A stretch of DNA of 64,000 bases from Octopus sinensis (Eukaryota): the NCBI RefSeq assembly GCF_006345805.1, contig NC_043005.1, positions 99,448,001 through 99,512,000 on the forward strand. Direction: 5' to 3'. The position numbers and the translations under genes are program-made. Below the pieces are notes generated by a model. That model saw nothing but the letters and a program-made list of their open reading frames with translations, searched no databases and was not told the origin of the DNA. This document shows positions 11,764-25,114 of this stretch, one piece after another. Every line of letters begins with the position of its first letter. Within the stretch, counting starts at the first letter, position 1.

Positions 11764-12159
11764 TCTCTCTCTATATAAAGCTGAAGTTGTCTGTGTGTGT
11801 ATGGCAGGATTGGTAGCCTTCAACTAACACTGTCTCCTCCGAGACCCTGCAGTGCAAGTTGACCAAAATTGAGAGTATGATAGAAGAAGGCTTGCTCTTT
11901 ATTCCGTAGAAGAAAAAATTCAAATCGGACCATGTTAACACCAAAAATTATTTACATAAAAAAGGTGCTTTTTCTCTATGAAAATCCCTATTTTTTACGA
12001 TTTTTCGACTGCTGTGTCGCCATTTTTCGGTGTATTTCAACCAGAAAAATGTTCACTTAAAAAGAATAACAAGCTACATAATGCAAAATTTTTACTTCTC
12101 AAAAATTCCAATACTAAAGGGTCAAAAGAAACCCGAGCAACGCCGGGCGATACTGCTAG
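11764..12159 (+). mobile_element. Non-autonomous Helitron
   Basis: 5' A/TC start, 3' hairpin CCCGAGCAACGCCGGG (12132-12147) then CTAG/T; no TSD. Confidence 0.8.
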
Positions 12160-12319
12160 TTATTAAATAAAACCAACAGCTATACAGTTGAAATAGCCAT
12201 TATGAGTATAAAGGCAGAGAAAGTAGTTGAACCATCAGGGATAGTCGTTGAAAATATCTGATGAAGAAGGACACATAACACATAGTCGATTAGATTGGGT
12301 TAGGGTTAGGGTGTCATTG

Positions 12320-13550
12320 CCGGTGGGAGATTTAGTCATATAATCAATTGTTACAAAAGGGAAGAACAAAACAATTACAGAGGAAGCAGTGGAACAAATC
12401 ATGAAAGAAATAGAAATGGTTAATTGCATAAGCAATTAAGAAAGGAAACTAGCAGAGATGAGATGCAGTTTGGATCTGTGCCAGGACACTGTGTCATCGA
12501 TATCCTCTTTCCAGTGAAACGACCGTAGAAGTTCCTCATTAAAAAAGACTAGCCACGAGCAAACGTGCATGAATTATTGGCAGCAAGAATATCCATGAAG
12601 TAAAAACTTTTAACTGATCGTGATCGTTACCGCATCGCCTTTCTAGCACTTGTGCTTGTGGCACAGGAAACATTCGAGCGAGGTCGTCGCCAGTGCCGCT
12701 AGACTGGCTCCTGTGCAGGTGGCACATAAAAAGCACCATTTGGGCGTGGCCGTTGCCAGTACCACCAAACTGGCCCTCGTGCTGGTGGCACATAAAAGCA
12801 CCCACTACACTCTCGGAGTGGTTGGCATTAGGAAGGGCATCCAGCTGTAGAAACTCTGCCAGATCAGATTGGAGTCTGGTTTGCCAGACCTCAGTCAAAT
12901 CGTCCAACCCATGCTAGCACGGAGAGTGGACGTTAAATGATGATGATGATGATAAATGCTCACTAAATTCTGTGTGAGTTTCTGTTATCTCGATGACTTA
13001 ATTAGCAGTGGAGGTAGTTTTGTTTTCAGACTTGCCTGATGAAGAAAAATTTAGCTTGACTGAAAAATATTCTGGAAATATTCTAAAAAGAATCTAGTTT
13101 GGATAAATTTGGGGAGCTATTATCCTTGTTGGAGCCACAGACATGCTAAATGAAGGACGGATTGTATGATAATTATGTATGAAGTGTGATGTTTCATGGT
13201 AATAACATATGAAAATTAATTGTGACGGATAAGCAAAGGCTAGAATGAAATGAAGCAAGAAGGCTCCTCTGGCTGTGAAAATGTAAGCGAATATGAATAA
13301 CCGAGAACAAAGAAGCGGAGGAAAAGACTGGGTGTACGAGAAAGCAGATGTAGTGTAAACGAGAGAAGACTGTGCTGGTGTGAACATATAATGTATAGTG
13401 GATGACAGCTTAGTAAATCAGTACCAAGTGGTCTAAACAGAAAGAATCTTTAGAAGAGAAAGAGCAAGGAAGACATGGGAAGAAGTGGGCGAAATGATTT
13501 CAAGAAGGTGAATCTCAAAAACTAGTGGCAGAATGGGATGTAAAGAAGAT
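12320..13550 (+). mobile_element. Decayed RTE-clade LINE reverse transcriptase, interrupted by 12600-12953
   Basis: Frameshifted motifs IINCYK..NNYRG, DEMQFGSVPG, FCYLDDLISSGG, GRLYD..SVMFHG, ERRLCW, RARKTWEEV. Confidence 0.85.
12600..12953 (+). mobile_element. RTE LINE 3'UTR with ~61-66-bp subrepeats
   Basis: GGCAC(A)-anchored units at 12660, 12721, 12787; GTGGTTGGCATTAGGAAGGGCATCC; (TGA)n tail. Confidence 0.85.
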
Positions 13551-13587
13551 TATATCATTATTATTATTATTATTATTACTATAACTG

Positions 13588-13790
13588 AAGGCAGTGAGCT
13601 GGCGGAATCGTTAGCACACTGAACGAAATGCTTGCTGGTATTTCGTCTGTGGCTACATTCTGAGGTTGACCTTGCCTTTCATCCTTTTGAGGTCGATAAA
13701 TTAAGTACCAGTGAAACACTGGGGTCGATGTAATTGACCAGCTCCTTTCCCCAGAATTTCAGGCTTTATGCCTTTAGTAGAAAGGATTAT
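13588..13790 (+). mobile_element. SINE family B
   Basis: GAGCTGGCGGAATCGTTAGCAC head; GTCGATAAATTAAGTACCAG. Confidence 0.85.
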
Positions 13791-14315
13791 TATTATTGTA
13801 ACTAATTTTGAGAAAGTTAAAAAAAAAAAAAAACGAACAATAAAAGAATTATATTCTATAATGAGAAGACATATTTGTCCAATCCCAGGCAAAATCCAAA
13901 TCACCATTGTCCCATAGCAAAATCTAGACCTGGGTTCAAATTACATTCATACATCCATCACAAATAGATGAAAACCCTTTCGTTTTTAATCTTTTTTCAA
14001 AACCCTTTCATTCAAACACTCATAAATCAGGATTGACAGGACTGACCATCATAACTTGTAGTAGTAGTAGTAGTTGTAGTAGTAGCAGTGGCAGCAGCGG
14101 TATTAACAGTAGAATCTTTATTAATTACTACAGTTAAATTAAATTGGGTAAAATCTGATTTCGTATATTTTAATGCTGGAATATGAAGACAGCATGGCAA
14201 GTAAAGAGTCAGTATTAACCAGTCAGACATCAATAAATGTACTAACATACATGGAGACACACATATGCATATGTTTGTGTGTGTATGTGAGTAGATCTAT
14301 CTATCTATCTATCTA

Positions 14316-14395
<80 letters not shown>

Positions 14396-14542
14396 TATGT
14401 TATATATACATATATATTTCAAGATAGTTACGACCAGTCTATGGGGTTATCCATGGTAACTTCATAGACCAGCGATAATTATTTTTATCTAAATATTCTA
14501 CTGCTCTGTAACTTAGAGAGTGCTTCTGTTTTGGATTTATGA

Positions 14543-14581
<39 letters not shown>

Positions 14582-15194
14582 GTGTGTGAGAGAGAGAAAG
14601 AGACGAAATGTAGTTTGCCATAACTCAGGTTTAGTAGGATACGTAGACATAATACAGTGAAGTCAAATGAGGATTCTCTCTCTCTCTCCCTCTCTCTCTC
14701 TGTCACACATACATACACTCTCTCTTATTCACATAAGCCATGGACCAAAGAAATATACTGTTACAGACAGTATAGTAAGTAACAGATGCAGGAAGGTGTG
14801 TATGCGGCTATATGTCTTTAGTCCAACACACACCTTTTTATCTCTCTGTTGGTTAATAAATGAAGTCCCAACCATACATTAGCATTTCAAGTGATTGTGA
14901 GCTTCGTGTAGGAGATTCCTGGCTGGAATGTTAATTCAAAAAGTTATATGTACTTCTAGGCCTACTGATTCCATTATCTGATTAGAAGAAATATAATATA
15001 CAATTATGATTCCTTACATAAGCAGAGTGTCTGAAATTTTGGAAATGGTTTATAGTCAATTTGATTGCCCCCAATGTACAAAACTTGTTCCTCATTTATC
15101 AACATAATTTCAATGGTTATTTCGGTGATGTTAATTATGAAGACACCAACATAGCATCGCATAACATCAAAAGTAAAATGGAATTTATTCTTTT

Positions 15195-15648
15195 ATTCTT
15201 TTACCTGTTTCAGTCATTTGACTATGGCCATGCTGGAGCTCTGCCTTGAAGTCAAACAAATCGACCCTTGGACTTATTTTTTAAACCTAGTACTTATTCT
15301 ATCAGTCTCTTTTACTGAACTACTAAGTTACGGGGATGTAAGCACACCAACACCAATTGGCAAGTGATGATTGGTGGGGATGCACAGGTACAAAATATGC
15401 ACATGTATGCATTCACACACACACACACGCACATACACACACATACACGCACATACACACACACATGCACATACACACACACACACATGATGGGCTTCTT
15501 TCAGTTTCTGTCTACCAAATCCACTCACAAGGCTTTGGTCATTCTGCAGCTATAGTAGAAAACACTTGCCCAAGGTGTTACACAGTGGGACTGAACCCAG
15601 AACCATAGAGTTGAGAAGCAAGCTTCTTATCACACAAGCACACCTGCA
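15195..15648 (-). mobile_element. SINE family A
   Basis: Full tail-to-head match with (CA)n core. Confidence 0.85.
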
Positions 15649-15654
15649 CATAGG

Positions 15655-15925
15655 AATCATCATCATCATTTAACGTCCGTTTTTCATGCTAGCATGGGTT
15701 GGATGGTTCAACTGGGGTCTGGTAAGCCATGGAGGCTGAACCAGGCTCTCATATGATTTGGCAGTGTTTCTACAGCTGGATGCCCTTCCTAACACCAACC
15801 ATTCCATTAGTATAGTGGGTATGTTTTAGGGGCCAGAGCAGGCTGGCAAATGGCCACGATCAGTTGGTGCTTTTACATGTCACTGACACGGACGCCAGTC
15901 AGGCGGCCCTGGCATCTGCCACGTT
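15655..15925 (-). mobile_element. RTE LINE 3' end
   Basis: CATCATCATTTAACGTCCG..GGATGCCCTTCCTAACACCAACC. Confidence 0.8.
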
Positions 15926-16164
15926 TAAACATTTCAAAACTTTCTTTCAGTCTCATTCTGCAGCATTTTGGGCAAGGCTCCTCTACTATAAGCACTGGGC
16001 CAATCAATGCCCTGCCAGTATATCTGATCAACGGAAACTGTGAGAAAGCCTGTCCTGAAGAACAACCTCAGGATTCTGAACCTTTCAAGTGAGATGAGAA
16101 ACAACTGAGATGCCTGGTGTCTTGCTGTACTCTAAACTACCTGTACTCCACAACAGAAGAGTTA

Positions 16165-16412
16165 AGACCAGTCACTCTGGTGGTGTAATGTGCTTGTGAA
16201 AGTGCCACAAAAGTGCCTGTATGGTGCCACATAAAAGTACCCAGCACACTCTGCATAAAGTGTTGGCATTAAGAAGGGCATCCAGCCATAGGGACTATGA
16301 CAAATCTGATTGGAGTCTGGTGCAGCTCCTGAACTCACCAGCTCTGGTCAAACCATCCAACACATGCCAGCATGGACAATGGATGTTAAAAGATAATGAT
16401 GATGATGATGAT
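16165..16412 (+). mobile_element. RTE LINE 3' end
   Basis: GTTGGCATTAAGAAGGGCATCC..(GAT)n. Confidence 0.8.
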
Positions 16413-16448
<36 letters not shown>

Positions 16449-16679
16449 TATATGCATATATATATAGGTATATGCATATATATGTATATGTGTGTGTGTG
16501 TGTGTGTATGTAAAATATATAGGGTAGCAAATTTTTTTTAGAAATTTCGCTACCAGTTGTCAAACATGTATAAAAAGTCAATAGACAACATATTCTCTAT
16601 ATAAAATTTTGTGTTTAAATGTACACTAATTTTATATGGAGAATGTGTATATATATATGTATATATAGTTTGTGTATAC

Positions 16680-16878
16680 ATGTGTCTGTATCTGTGTTTG
16701 TCTCCCACAACACTTGGCAACTGGTATTACTTTGCTGACGTCCCATAATTTAGTGGTTCAACAAAAGAGAGTGACAGAATGAGTACCAGATTTAAAACAA
16801 AAAATGTACTGGGGCTGGTTTGTCTAACTAAAACGCAGTGCTGTAGCATGGCCACAATTCAGTGACTGAAAGAAAAAA
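16680..16878 (+). mobile_element. SINE family A, 3' half, diverged
   Basis: TGTTTGTCTCCC..AGCATGGCCACAATTCAGTGACTGAAA. Confidence 0.7.
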
Positions 16879-16971
16879 CGAAGTATGTGAATCTAAATAA
16901 GCTTAACAAAGTCTGCTACCACAGACAGTTTGGCACTACACAGTAAACTTGGAATATATTCCCAGAGATAT

Positions 16972-17122
16972 ATCTTTTTCTACTCTAGGCACAAGGCCCA
17001 AAATTTTGGGGGAGGGGGCCAGTCAATTAGATTGACGCCAATATACAACTGGTATTTAATTTATCAACCCTGAAAGGATGAAAGGCAAAGTCGACCTCGG
17101 TGGAATTTGAACTCAGAATGTA
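16972..17122 (-). mobile_element. SINE family B, 3' part
   Basis: TACTCTAGGCACAAGGCCC..GTCGACCTCGGTGGAATTTGAACTCAG. Confidence 0.85.
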
Positions 17123-17817
17123 AATTCCCAGAGATATACCATAGCATAATTCTATACATTTTGATACATGCATACTTTAATATACTAAATCTGCAAAAAC
17201 TCTCCCACTGCGTCAGTTGTCTTCTAAATGTCTTTACAGTTATCAAAACCAATATCAATATTCAAATTAGGTCACCTGTGGGAATTAAAAAAATATTTTC
17301 TCTGTGGCCATCAGATGCTACATATTTTTTCTTAATACTATGGGGACTGAAGTTCACGAACTTGGATGAGAACTTTAATAATGGTCAAATGAGTTTGCTG
17401 TCAGTTTGACAGATATACCACCATGCCAAAAAATAGTTGGGGTTATTCTCCTGACTTTTATTTCACATCAGTTCTTTTAGTTCATCATCAGCATTGACTG
17501 TGTGAGTGTGTGTGCATATTATATGATAACAAATGGAGCCACTGTTCAATAGAAAGTTATCAATACCTGCCTAATATAGAAGGAAAAGATTTCCTATTAC
17601 AAACCAGCAGCAAGTTTTAGATTTCTGTATCACCCTTTATCTCTCCTACTCAACTATCAATGTTTCTTTTTTTTTTTCTTTACCAATACATTACAGCTCC
17701 TAGGCTCTTTATTGAATCCTCCTTGTTACAGACACATTTCTTTTCTTTAGTGGATGGATCATTCTAGGGTGCATGTGGAACCCCGGGTTAAATTAGGTTT
17801 CATAGAGATTCATAGAG

Positions 17818-17995
17818 AAATCATCATCATCATTTTATGTCCATTTTCCATGATCGCATGGTTGGATGGCTTGGCAGGAACTGGTAAGGCCAGGGGCTGC
17901 ACCCAATTCTATAGTCATTTTTGGCTTGGTTTCTATGGCTGGATACCCTTCCTAATGCCAACCACTCCACAGACTGTACTGGGTGCTTTTATAGT
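17818..17995 (-). mobile_element. RTE LINE 3' end
   Basis: (CAT)n..GGATACCCTTCCTAATGCCAACCAC. Confidence 0.75.
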
Positions 17996-18252
17996 GATAT
18001 TATTTCAAGCCAAACTTTCACACTCATTAAGTGCACACACACAAACACACACACACATACACAGACACACACAAATGTACTTATTAATATTCTTACTACA
18101 ATACGTCCTCTATAGCTTCAGGGTACTCAAACCCAATTAGGATGGCAGTAATTCTGAGTACAAACTGGCTCGGCTGATGACAACCTGCCGAAACTAATCT
18201 GGCATGGAAAGTGAACACATATGATGATAATGACACACATGCACACACACAT

Positions 18253-18290
<38 letters not shown>

Positions 18291-18294
18291 TCAT

Positions 18295-18500
18295 ATCCTT
18301 TCTAGTATTGGCAAAAGGACTGAAGTTTTGGGGGTGGGGCTGGTCAATTTCATTGGCCTCAGTGATCAACTGGTACTTATTTCATCGACCCTGATAAGAA
18401 GAAAGGCAAAGTTGGCCTTGGTGGAATTTGAACTGAGAATGTGAAGACGAACCAAATGCTGCTAAGCATATGGTCTGGTATGTTAATGACTGTGCAAGCT
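18295..18500 (-). mobile_element. SINE family B
   Basis: AAAGGCAAAGTTGGCCTTGGTGGAATTTGAACTGAG. Confidence 0.75.
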
Positions 18501-18944
18501 TGTTTCTGTACATGTATATATATTCATATAGTTACATACACATATGTATATATTGTTACATACACATATATCATCATTATCAATATCAATATTTAATGAT
18601 CGTTTTCTCCAGGCTGGCATTGGTTAGATGTTTTAATAGGATCTGGCTAACCGTAAGGCTGCATTAAGCCCCAGCGTCAGCTTTAGCAGGATTCTGTAGT
18701 GGGTGCTTTTTACATGCCACTAGAACTTGTGAAGTTGCCAAGTAAGTTGCAAGGCAAGAAAGGAAAGGAACAAGAAAAAGGAAGAAAGTGGGGAAAAGAA
18801 AAGAATATCTACAAAGATCATTTATGTATTTGTTTTGCAAGATTCTTGATGTGAAATCATGTGTTGAAACAGATATTGTTGTATTTTGGGATGGTCATTT
18901 TTCTCCCTTTTTTTTTTGCTAAATAAGCAAATGCACTCATTTAC

Positions 18945-19340
18945 TCTTTTACTTGTTTCAGTCATTTGACTGTGGCCATGCTGGAGCACTGCCTTTAGTC
19001 GAGCAAATCGACCTCAGGACTTATTCTTTGTAAGCCTAGTACTTATTCTATCAGTCTCTTTTGCTGAACCACTAAGTTATGGGGACGTAAACACACCAGC
19101 ATTGGTTGTCAAGTGATGTTGGGGAGGGGGACACAGACACACAAACATACACACACACACACACACATATATACATATATACGACGGGCTTCTTTCAGTT
19201 TCCATCTACCAAATCCACTCACAAGGCTTTGGTTGGCCCGAGGCTATAGTAGAAGACACTTGCCTAAGGTGCCACACAGTGGGACTGAACCCAGAACCAT
19301 GTGGTCAGTAAGCAAGCTACTTACCACACAGCCACTCCTA
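18945..19340 (-). mobile_element. SINE family A, full length
   Basis: Near-complete match to the other copies. Confidence 0.9.
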
Positions 19341-19342
19341 CA

Positions 19343-19586
19343 CACTGTATATTTGTTTTTCACTTCGGCTTTATTATTGTTCTTATTTTAGTGTCCTTTT
19401 TATCTGAAATCTTTTGTCACACATCCTATGACCTCTTCAGCAACTCTCCATCCTAGGTATCTCCTCATGAGATACATGGGAGGGAGAGTCACTGAGGAGG
19501 TCACAAGATGCGTGACAAAAGATTTCAGACAAAGAACATGAAATAAGAACAATAAAAAAACTAAAGTAAAGAATGAATATACAGTG
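19343..19586. repeat. ~245-bp fold-back (arms ~120 bp, ~5-nt loop), possibly inverted PLE pLTR pair
   Basis: TCTGAAATCTTTTGTCAC..GTATCTC-CTCAT-GAGATAC..GTGACAAAAGATTTCAGA; outer CACTGTATATT/AATATACAGTG. Confidence 0.85.
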
Positions 19587-20344
19587 CATGTGTGTATTTG
19601 GCCAAGAAAAAACAAAAACAAAAAAAATGACCGTCTTGAAATATAACAATATATAAAGATCCTGTACTTGAGAAACACTACAGGTAAGTACCTGGAAAGG
19701 TATCTGCCTGTAACAAATATAAAACAATGCCTTATGGCATATCTGTCCAATCCATAAATACAATGACCAAACGAATATATGTATCAGTCAATACAAGATA
19801 AGTTAGTTGTTAGAATAATTGATTAATTAAGATCAGTTGATTGGATCATTATGAGAATGACAATCTCAGTGACTTTAGTAATACTGAGTTAAAAATAGGG
19901 AGTCACTGGAATGTTACTTAAATTTAATAATGTCATATATTTCGTATTCAAATAGATTTTAGATAAAGACACATAGAAATTGCACAATCTGTGCACATAT
20001 AATTGACTGCAGTAGTAATGCAATATTCTTGGAAGAAGGAGTAAGATGAGCAAATATAAAAGAATTTGGTGAATTAGAAAGACTAAGGGAAACCAACTCA
20101 ATCAATGACTAATATACTATATGAAGCCAACGTTTAGGATTTACTATAAATGTAAATCTTCATTTTGAATCTATTTTATTGATAATGTTAATATTTATAA
20201 GTAGATTTAGAGAAGTTCATCTGTACCTGTATATACCCATTTGTAAATATGGAAGTTGTACTGTAATGTGATTCAAGTAGATACTACCCAGTATCACTAT
20301 TATCTTAACTATATAAATAATTTCTTAGAACTGTTTAATGATTA

Positions 20345-20800
20345 AAAGTCCAAGTGTATTTCTGCCTGCGATGAATTACAATATCATTCTTTTTGGTTAA
20401 TAGATTTTGAATGGCCCTTAATATCTCAAGTGCTTCATGTGTACATAAATAGCAGTCTTTCTTCTTCAACTGAATTTATTATGCTCCATTTCAACTTATA
20501 ATCTTATACCCTTAGATTCTAAATCAAATGCATATTCTGTGAGATGGGTTGAGTGTTTAAGGATACAGCCAGAGAATGACTGACAGTGCATATAAAATCC
20601 TTTCTTAAGATAATTTGTTATTGAGCCAATGTAATATTTACATGCATTATGCATTCTTACAGTGTATTTGTAAATGATGCTTTTATGTAAACAGTACTCA
20701 TTTAACAGACAGCTATCAGCTACTCTACAGTTACAATCACTTATCTTTCCTATTGTTTCTATTTTGATTTGCAATGCTATTATGTAATTCCAAAACCTGT
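20345..20800 (-). mobile_element. PLE GIY-YIG endonuclease remnant
   Basis: CNCR..C..CL..SIIYK.TV..YYIGS..H..SF..HST.L; after a stop WSII and frameshifted CYLCTHE..I..LL. Confidence 0.85.
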
Positions 20801-21107
20801 ACTGGTTTCTAACCCCAGGGAGAAGTATGTATCCTGTTTTCAATAATAGAACTAATGCTATTACAATTAGTGATCAAGCTTTTATTACTGAGATTATTTG
20901 AGCTTTTTGTTCCCATTACTTAGCATAACAACGTTCCTGTATCTAAGTGCACCCTATTTTATTTACCATTTTAATTCCTAAACCTGGGTTTTATAGTATT
21001 CTATTACTGTTCCTCTTATGTTTACTACTATTAGATACTGCTAATATAGCAGCGAGGTTTGGGATAGCAGTGTGTGTGTGTGTGGGTGTGTATATATGAG
21101 AAAGAGT

Positions 21108-21144
<37 letters not shown>

Positions 21145-21477
21145 GAGTGTGGATGGATGCACTCCCACACTTCGTGGCGTATATAGCATGTGGTTTTTGT
21201 TGCTCTTAAATGATAATTGATGAGCTAATAATTGAGTGGATAAATTGCTCCATTCCTATATTGGGATATGTTTACATCAAAGATAGAAAATCAATAATTT
21301 GATTCCTGGGTTCTTACTATTGTCGTATGTTGTTTGCATTTACAACCTTTTGATTAATGCATTCTTTAACTGTCTTTGATCTTCCACCTCACAAGCATTC
21401 ACTCTGTCTCTTCCCCACCACCGTCACTGTCTTCCTCTGTACTGATCTTAAAAGTTGGTACTTCTATACACAAGTCT

Positions 21478-21885
21478 ATACATCATCATCATCATCGCTT
21501 AATGTCTGCTTTCCATGCTAGCATGGGTTGGACGATTTGACAGAAGTCTGGCGAACCAGATGGCTGCACCAGGCTCCAATCTTGATCTGGCAGAGTTTCT
21601 ACAGCTGGATGCCCTTCCTAACGCCAACCACTCCGAGAGTGTAGTGGGTGCTTTTTATGTGCCACCGGCACAGGGGCCAGTCAAGCGGTACTGGCAATGA
21701 CCTTGCTCAAATCTTTTTACACTTGCTACCTGCACAGGTGCCAGTCCAGCGGCACTGGCAACGACCTCGCTCGAATGTTGCCTTTTACATGGCACCGGCA
21801 CGGAAGCCAGTTAGCCGTTCTGGCAACGATCAAGCTCAGATGGTGCTCTTGGCACCCTACTAGCACGGGCACAAGTGCCAGTAAA
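21478..21885 (-). mobile_element. RTE LINE 3'UTR with tandem subrepeats
   Basis: (CAT)n..GGATGCCCTTCCTAACGCCAACCACTCCGAGAG followed by ~60-bp subrepeats. Confidence 0.85.
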
Positions 21886-21929
21886 TTTTCATAAATTATT
21901 ATATATGTGTGTGTGTTTCTGTGTGCGTA

Positions 21930-22064
21930 TTCTTTGTAAGCCTAGTACTTATTCTATCGGTCTTTTTTGCCGAACCACTAAGTTACGGGGATGTAAACAC
22001 ACCACCATCGGTTGTCAAGTGATGTTGGGGGACAAACACAGACACACAAACATATACACACACA

Positions 22065-22118
<54 letters not shown>

Positions 22119-22290
22119 TACATATACGACGGGCTTCTTTCAGTTTCCGTCTACCAAATCCACTCACAAGGCTTTGGTGAGCCTGAGCCTATAGTAGAAG
22201 ACACTTGCCCAAGGTGCCACACAATGGGACTGAACCCGGAACCATGTGGTTGGTAAGCAAGCTACTTACCACACAGCCACTCCTGCACCT
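21930..22290 (-). mobile_element. SINE family A lacking its tail end
   Basis: GTAAGCCTAGTAC..CTTACCACACAGCCACTCCTGCACCT. Confidence 0.85.
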
Positions 22291-23679
22291 ATGAATGTAG
22301 TATTATCATGAGGAGAGAATGTATATCCAGCATATAAGTCAAATCTTTCAGACCAAGAGTAAGGTTGATTTCTACACCAAGACAAATATAGAAGACCAAA
22401 AATCCCCTGAGAAATGCAGCAGAATTTGGAAAGATAGCAATGAAGTTTGAATGTTGAAATTACATGTTCACACTCTATATGTCAGCTAGTATGCCAGAAA
22501 ATACAGTATCTTTTTATGCTACATAATTTACTCCTTCTTTTGGCCATAACTGTTACAACTGAGGCTTGTATGAGAAAGGGATTTTCCCAGACGCACAGTG
22601 CACTGGATTTGAACTTACAAACCATCAACTCACATGACAATACTTTAACTATTCTATATGTTTTACCTCTGCTATTAAAACATCCTCTCACTACACCTCT
22701 CCAAGATCAGCTCCTCCCATATACCTCTTAGTACAAATCCACCTCTTATCTTTCACTCTCTCTCTCTCTCTCTCTTGAAGCCTCATTACTAACATCCCAT
22801 GGCTTTCAGTCCTGAAAGAGAGGAATACACTTAATGTTCTTGAAATTCACCAAACTAAAATGTCTTCTATAAAACATATCAACCAAATACATTAAAAACC
22901 ACCACCGCTTTTAGTCAACCAACATTAGTAACAACAGCATCATTATCATAGCAACAACTGTAGAAGTTGATGCTGATGCTGTTAATGATGCTTAAGGACA
23001 TTAGGAGGACAATTTTAGTCATGGTTGAAGAACCTTAATTAAGATTTCCTTTGGGATGACAATAAATAATTGCAGTAGAGAAATGTTTATTAAAATTCTT
23101 TCTTATTTAGATTTTAAAAAAAAATTTCGATTTATAATATAAAAAAATGTCATAAAATAAGCTATTTAAAAATATATTTAATAAAAATGTCGACAATAAG
23201 AAAAACAAACAAAAATATAGAAAAAGACAAAAAATAAAGAAAAAGCAAAATATCAGACTTCTAATTTTGTAGGGGAAACTAGTTTGTCATTTTGTTATTG
23301 TAAGGTAATAAAAGACCCTTTTGCAAAATTTCATAGGTCAAAGTTACTGAATTTTGGAGAAGTGATTAAATTGCTTCATTCTGTGGTCATAACATCAATT
23401 TAAATTTTCTCATGCATTTACGATTTTCTCTTCTCTTTTGGATTGTTTTATGAAATACTTTACTATATAAGGGATGTATTTTATTATAAGAATGGATAAT
23501 CTTATTATCTTTAGCAGGAAAAATAAATATGAGAGATGAGGAAAACGGTAATGGAAGAAATTAAGTTATGAGTTTTGCACTTCTAATCTCCATTTTTATT
23601 TTACAGAGAATAACATTAAATATGGCACTTTTCTACAGGGAGAATAATGTAAGTATGCATTATAAACTGTAGTTTCATT

Positions 23680-23717
<38 letters not shown>

Positions 23718-23819
23718 TCAAACACACACATATCTGTATATATATATATATATATATATATACATACATACATATGTTTATATATATATATACATGCATA
23801 TATATACATACATATATGT

Positions 23820-23881
<62 letters not shown>

Positions 23882-24350
23882 ATACATACATATATGTATA
23901 TATATACATATATGTTTATATATATATATACATATATGTTTATATATATATATATACATATATGTTTATATATATATACACATACATACATATATGTATA
24001 TATATACATACATATATGTTTATATATATATATACACACACATATACATATATGTTTATATATATATATATATATATACATACATATATGTGTATATATA
24101 TATATACATATATACACACATACATATATGCATATATATATATATATACACACACATACATATATGTATATATATATACACACATACATATATGTATTTA
24201 TATACATATATACATATATATGTGTGTGTATATACACACATATACATGTGTGTGTGTATATTTGTATATATAACATACTCATGTGTGTGTGTGTGTGTAT
24301 GTGTACATACATACATACATACTTACATACATACATACGTACATACATAT
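23680..24350. repeat. Compound TA/TACA microsatellite with higher-order units
   Basis: Recurrent CATACATATATGTTTA(TA)n unit. Confidence 0.9.
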
Positions 24351-25114
24351 GTGTATCACATTGACTTAAATTGCATTTGTTAAACAGTCTTGTCTTTCAG
24401 AAGCAATACTTTGCTAAATGTTTGCTTGACAGGGAATGTGCAAATAATTTTGCTCTACATTTTTTAGCAACTTTGTTACGAAATATATATTGTCATGTTC
24501 AGGTTAATTGAATCATAGTTGGTTCAAAATAGGTGAAAATAACAACAAGACAATATATAAAAACAGCAATAAACAAACAACTAATTGCCACAGAAACCCC
24601 CAAAAAGATCAAGTAATTTACATGAAGGATGCAAAATTCATGCAAAAATAAAATGTTTATGGTAAATTGGAATACAGTTCTCTAGGAAGTTGGTTAAAAA
24701 AAATATTCTAATTGATTAAACCCTGGAGAACAGGAAGGAAGAAGATGGCGAACTTCTAGCGTAAGATAAAGAAGACAAGAGAAAATAAATAATAAACAGA
24801 GATGCAAGATACAACTATACTAGGAAATATCTTAAACTCTCAGGAATCGACAAAGTTCAAAATATTTTATTTAATCAACATCAGACGATATTAGGAAGCT
24901 TTGACTGTTTCGTGAGATAACATAGCACACCTCTAAGTCAATTTATGCTACTTCATTTGATGTGGACTGTCTTTTGTGTATGCATGTGTGCACGTGCATG
25001 TATGTGCATATAAGGGGCCCCAGCACGGCCACAACCTTAGGGCTGAACACATAAAAGAATAAAAGAATATATATATATATATATATAATGAGTAAAAGAG
25101 TATATATATATATA

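Noticed and set aside
12296-12312. GGGTTAGGGTTAGGG telomere-like repeat
   Set aside because: Only two units; expected by chance
18174-18200. CTGATGA..GAAAC hammerhead-like words
   Set aside because: No stem II or stem I pairing; lies in a decayed RTE 3' end
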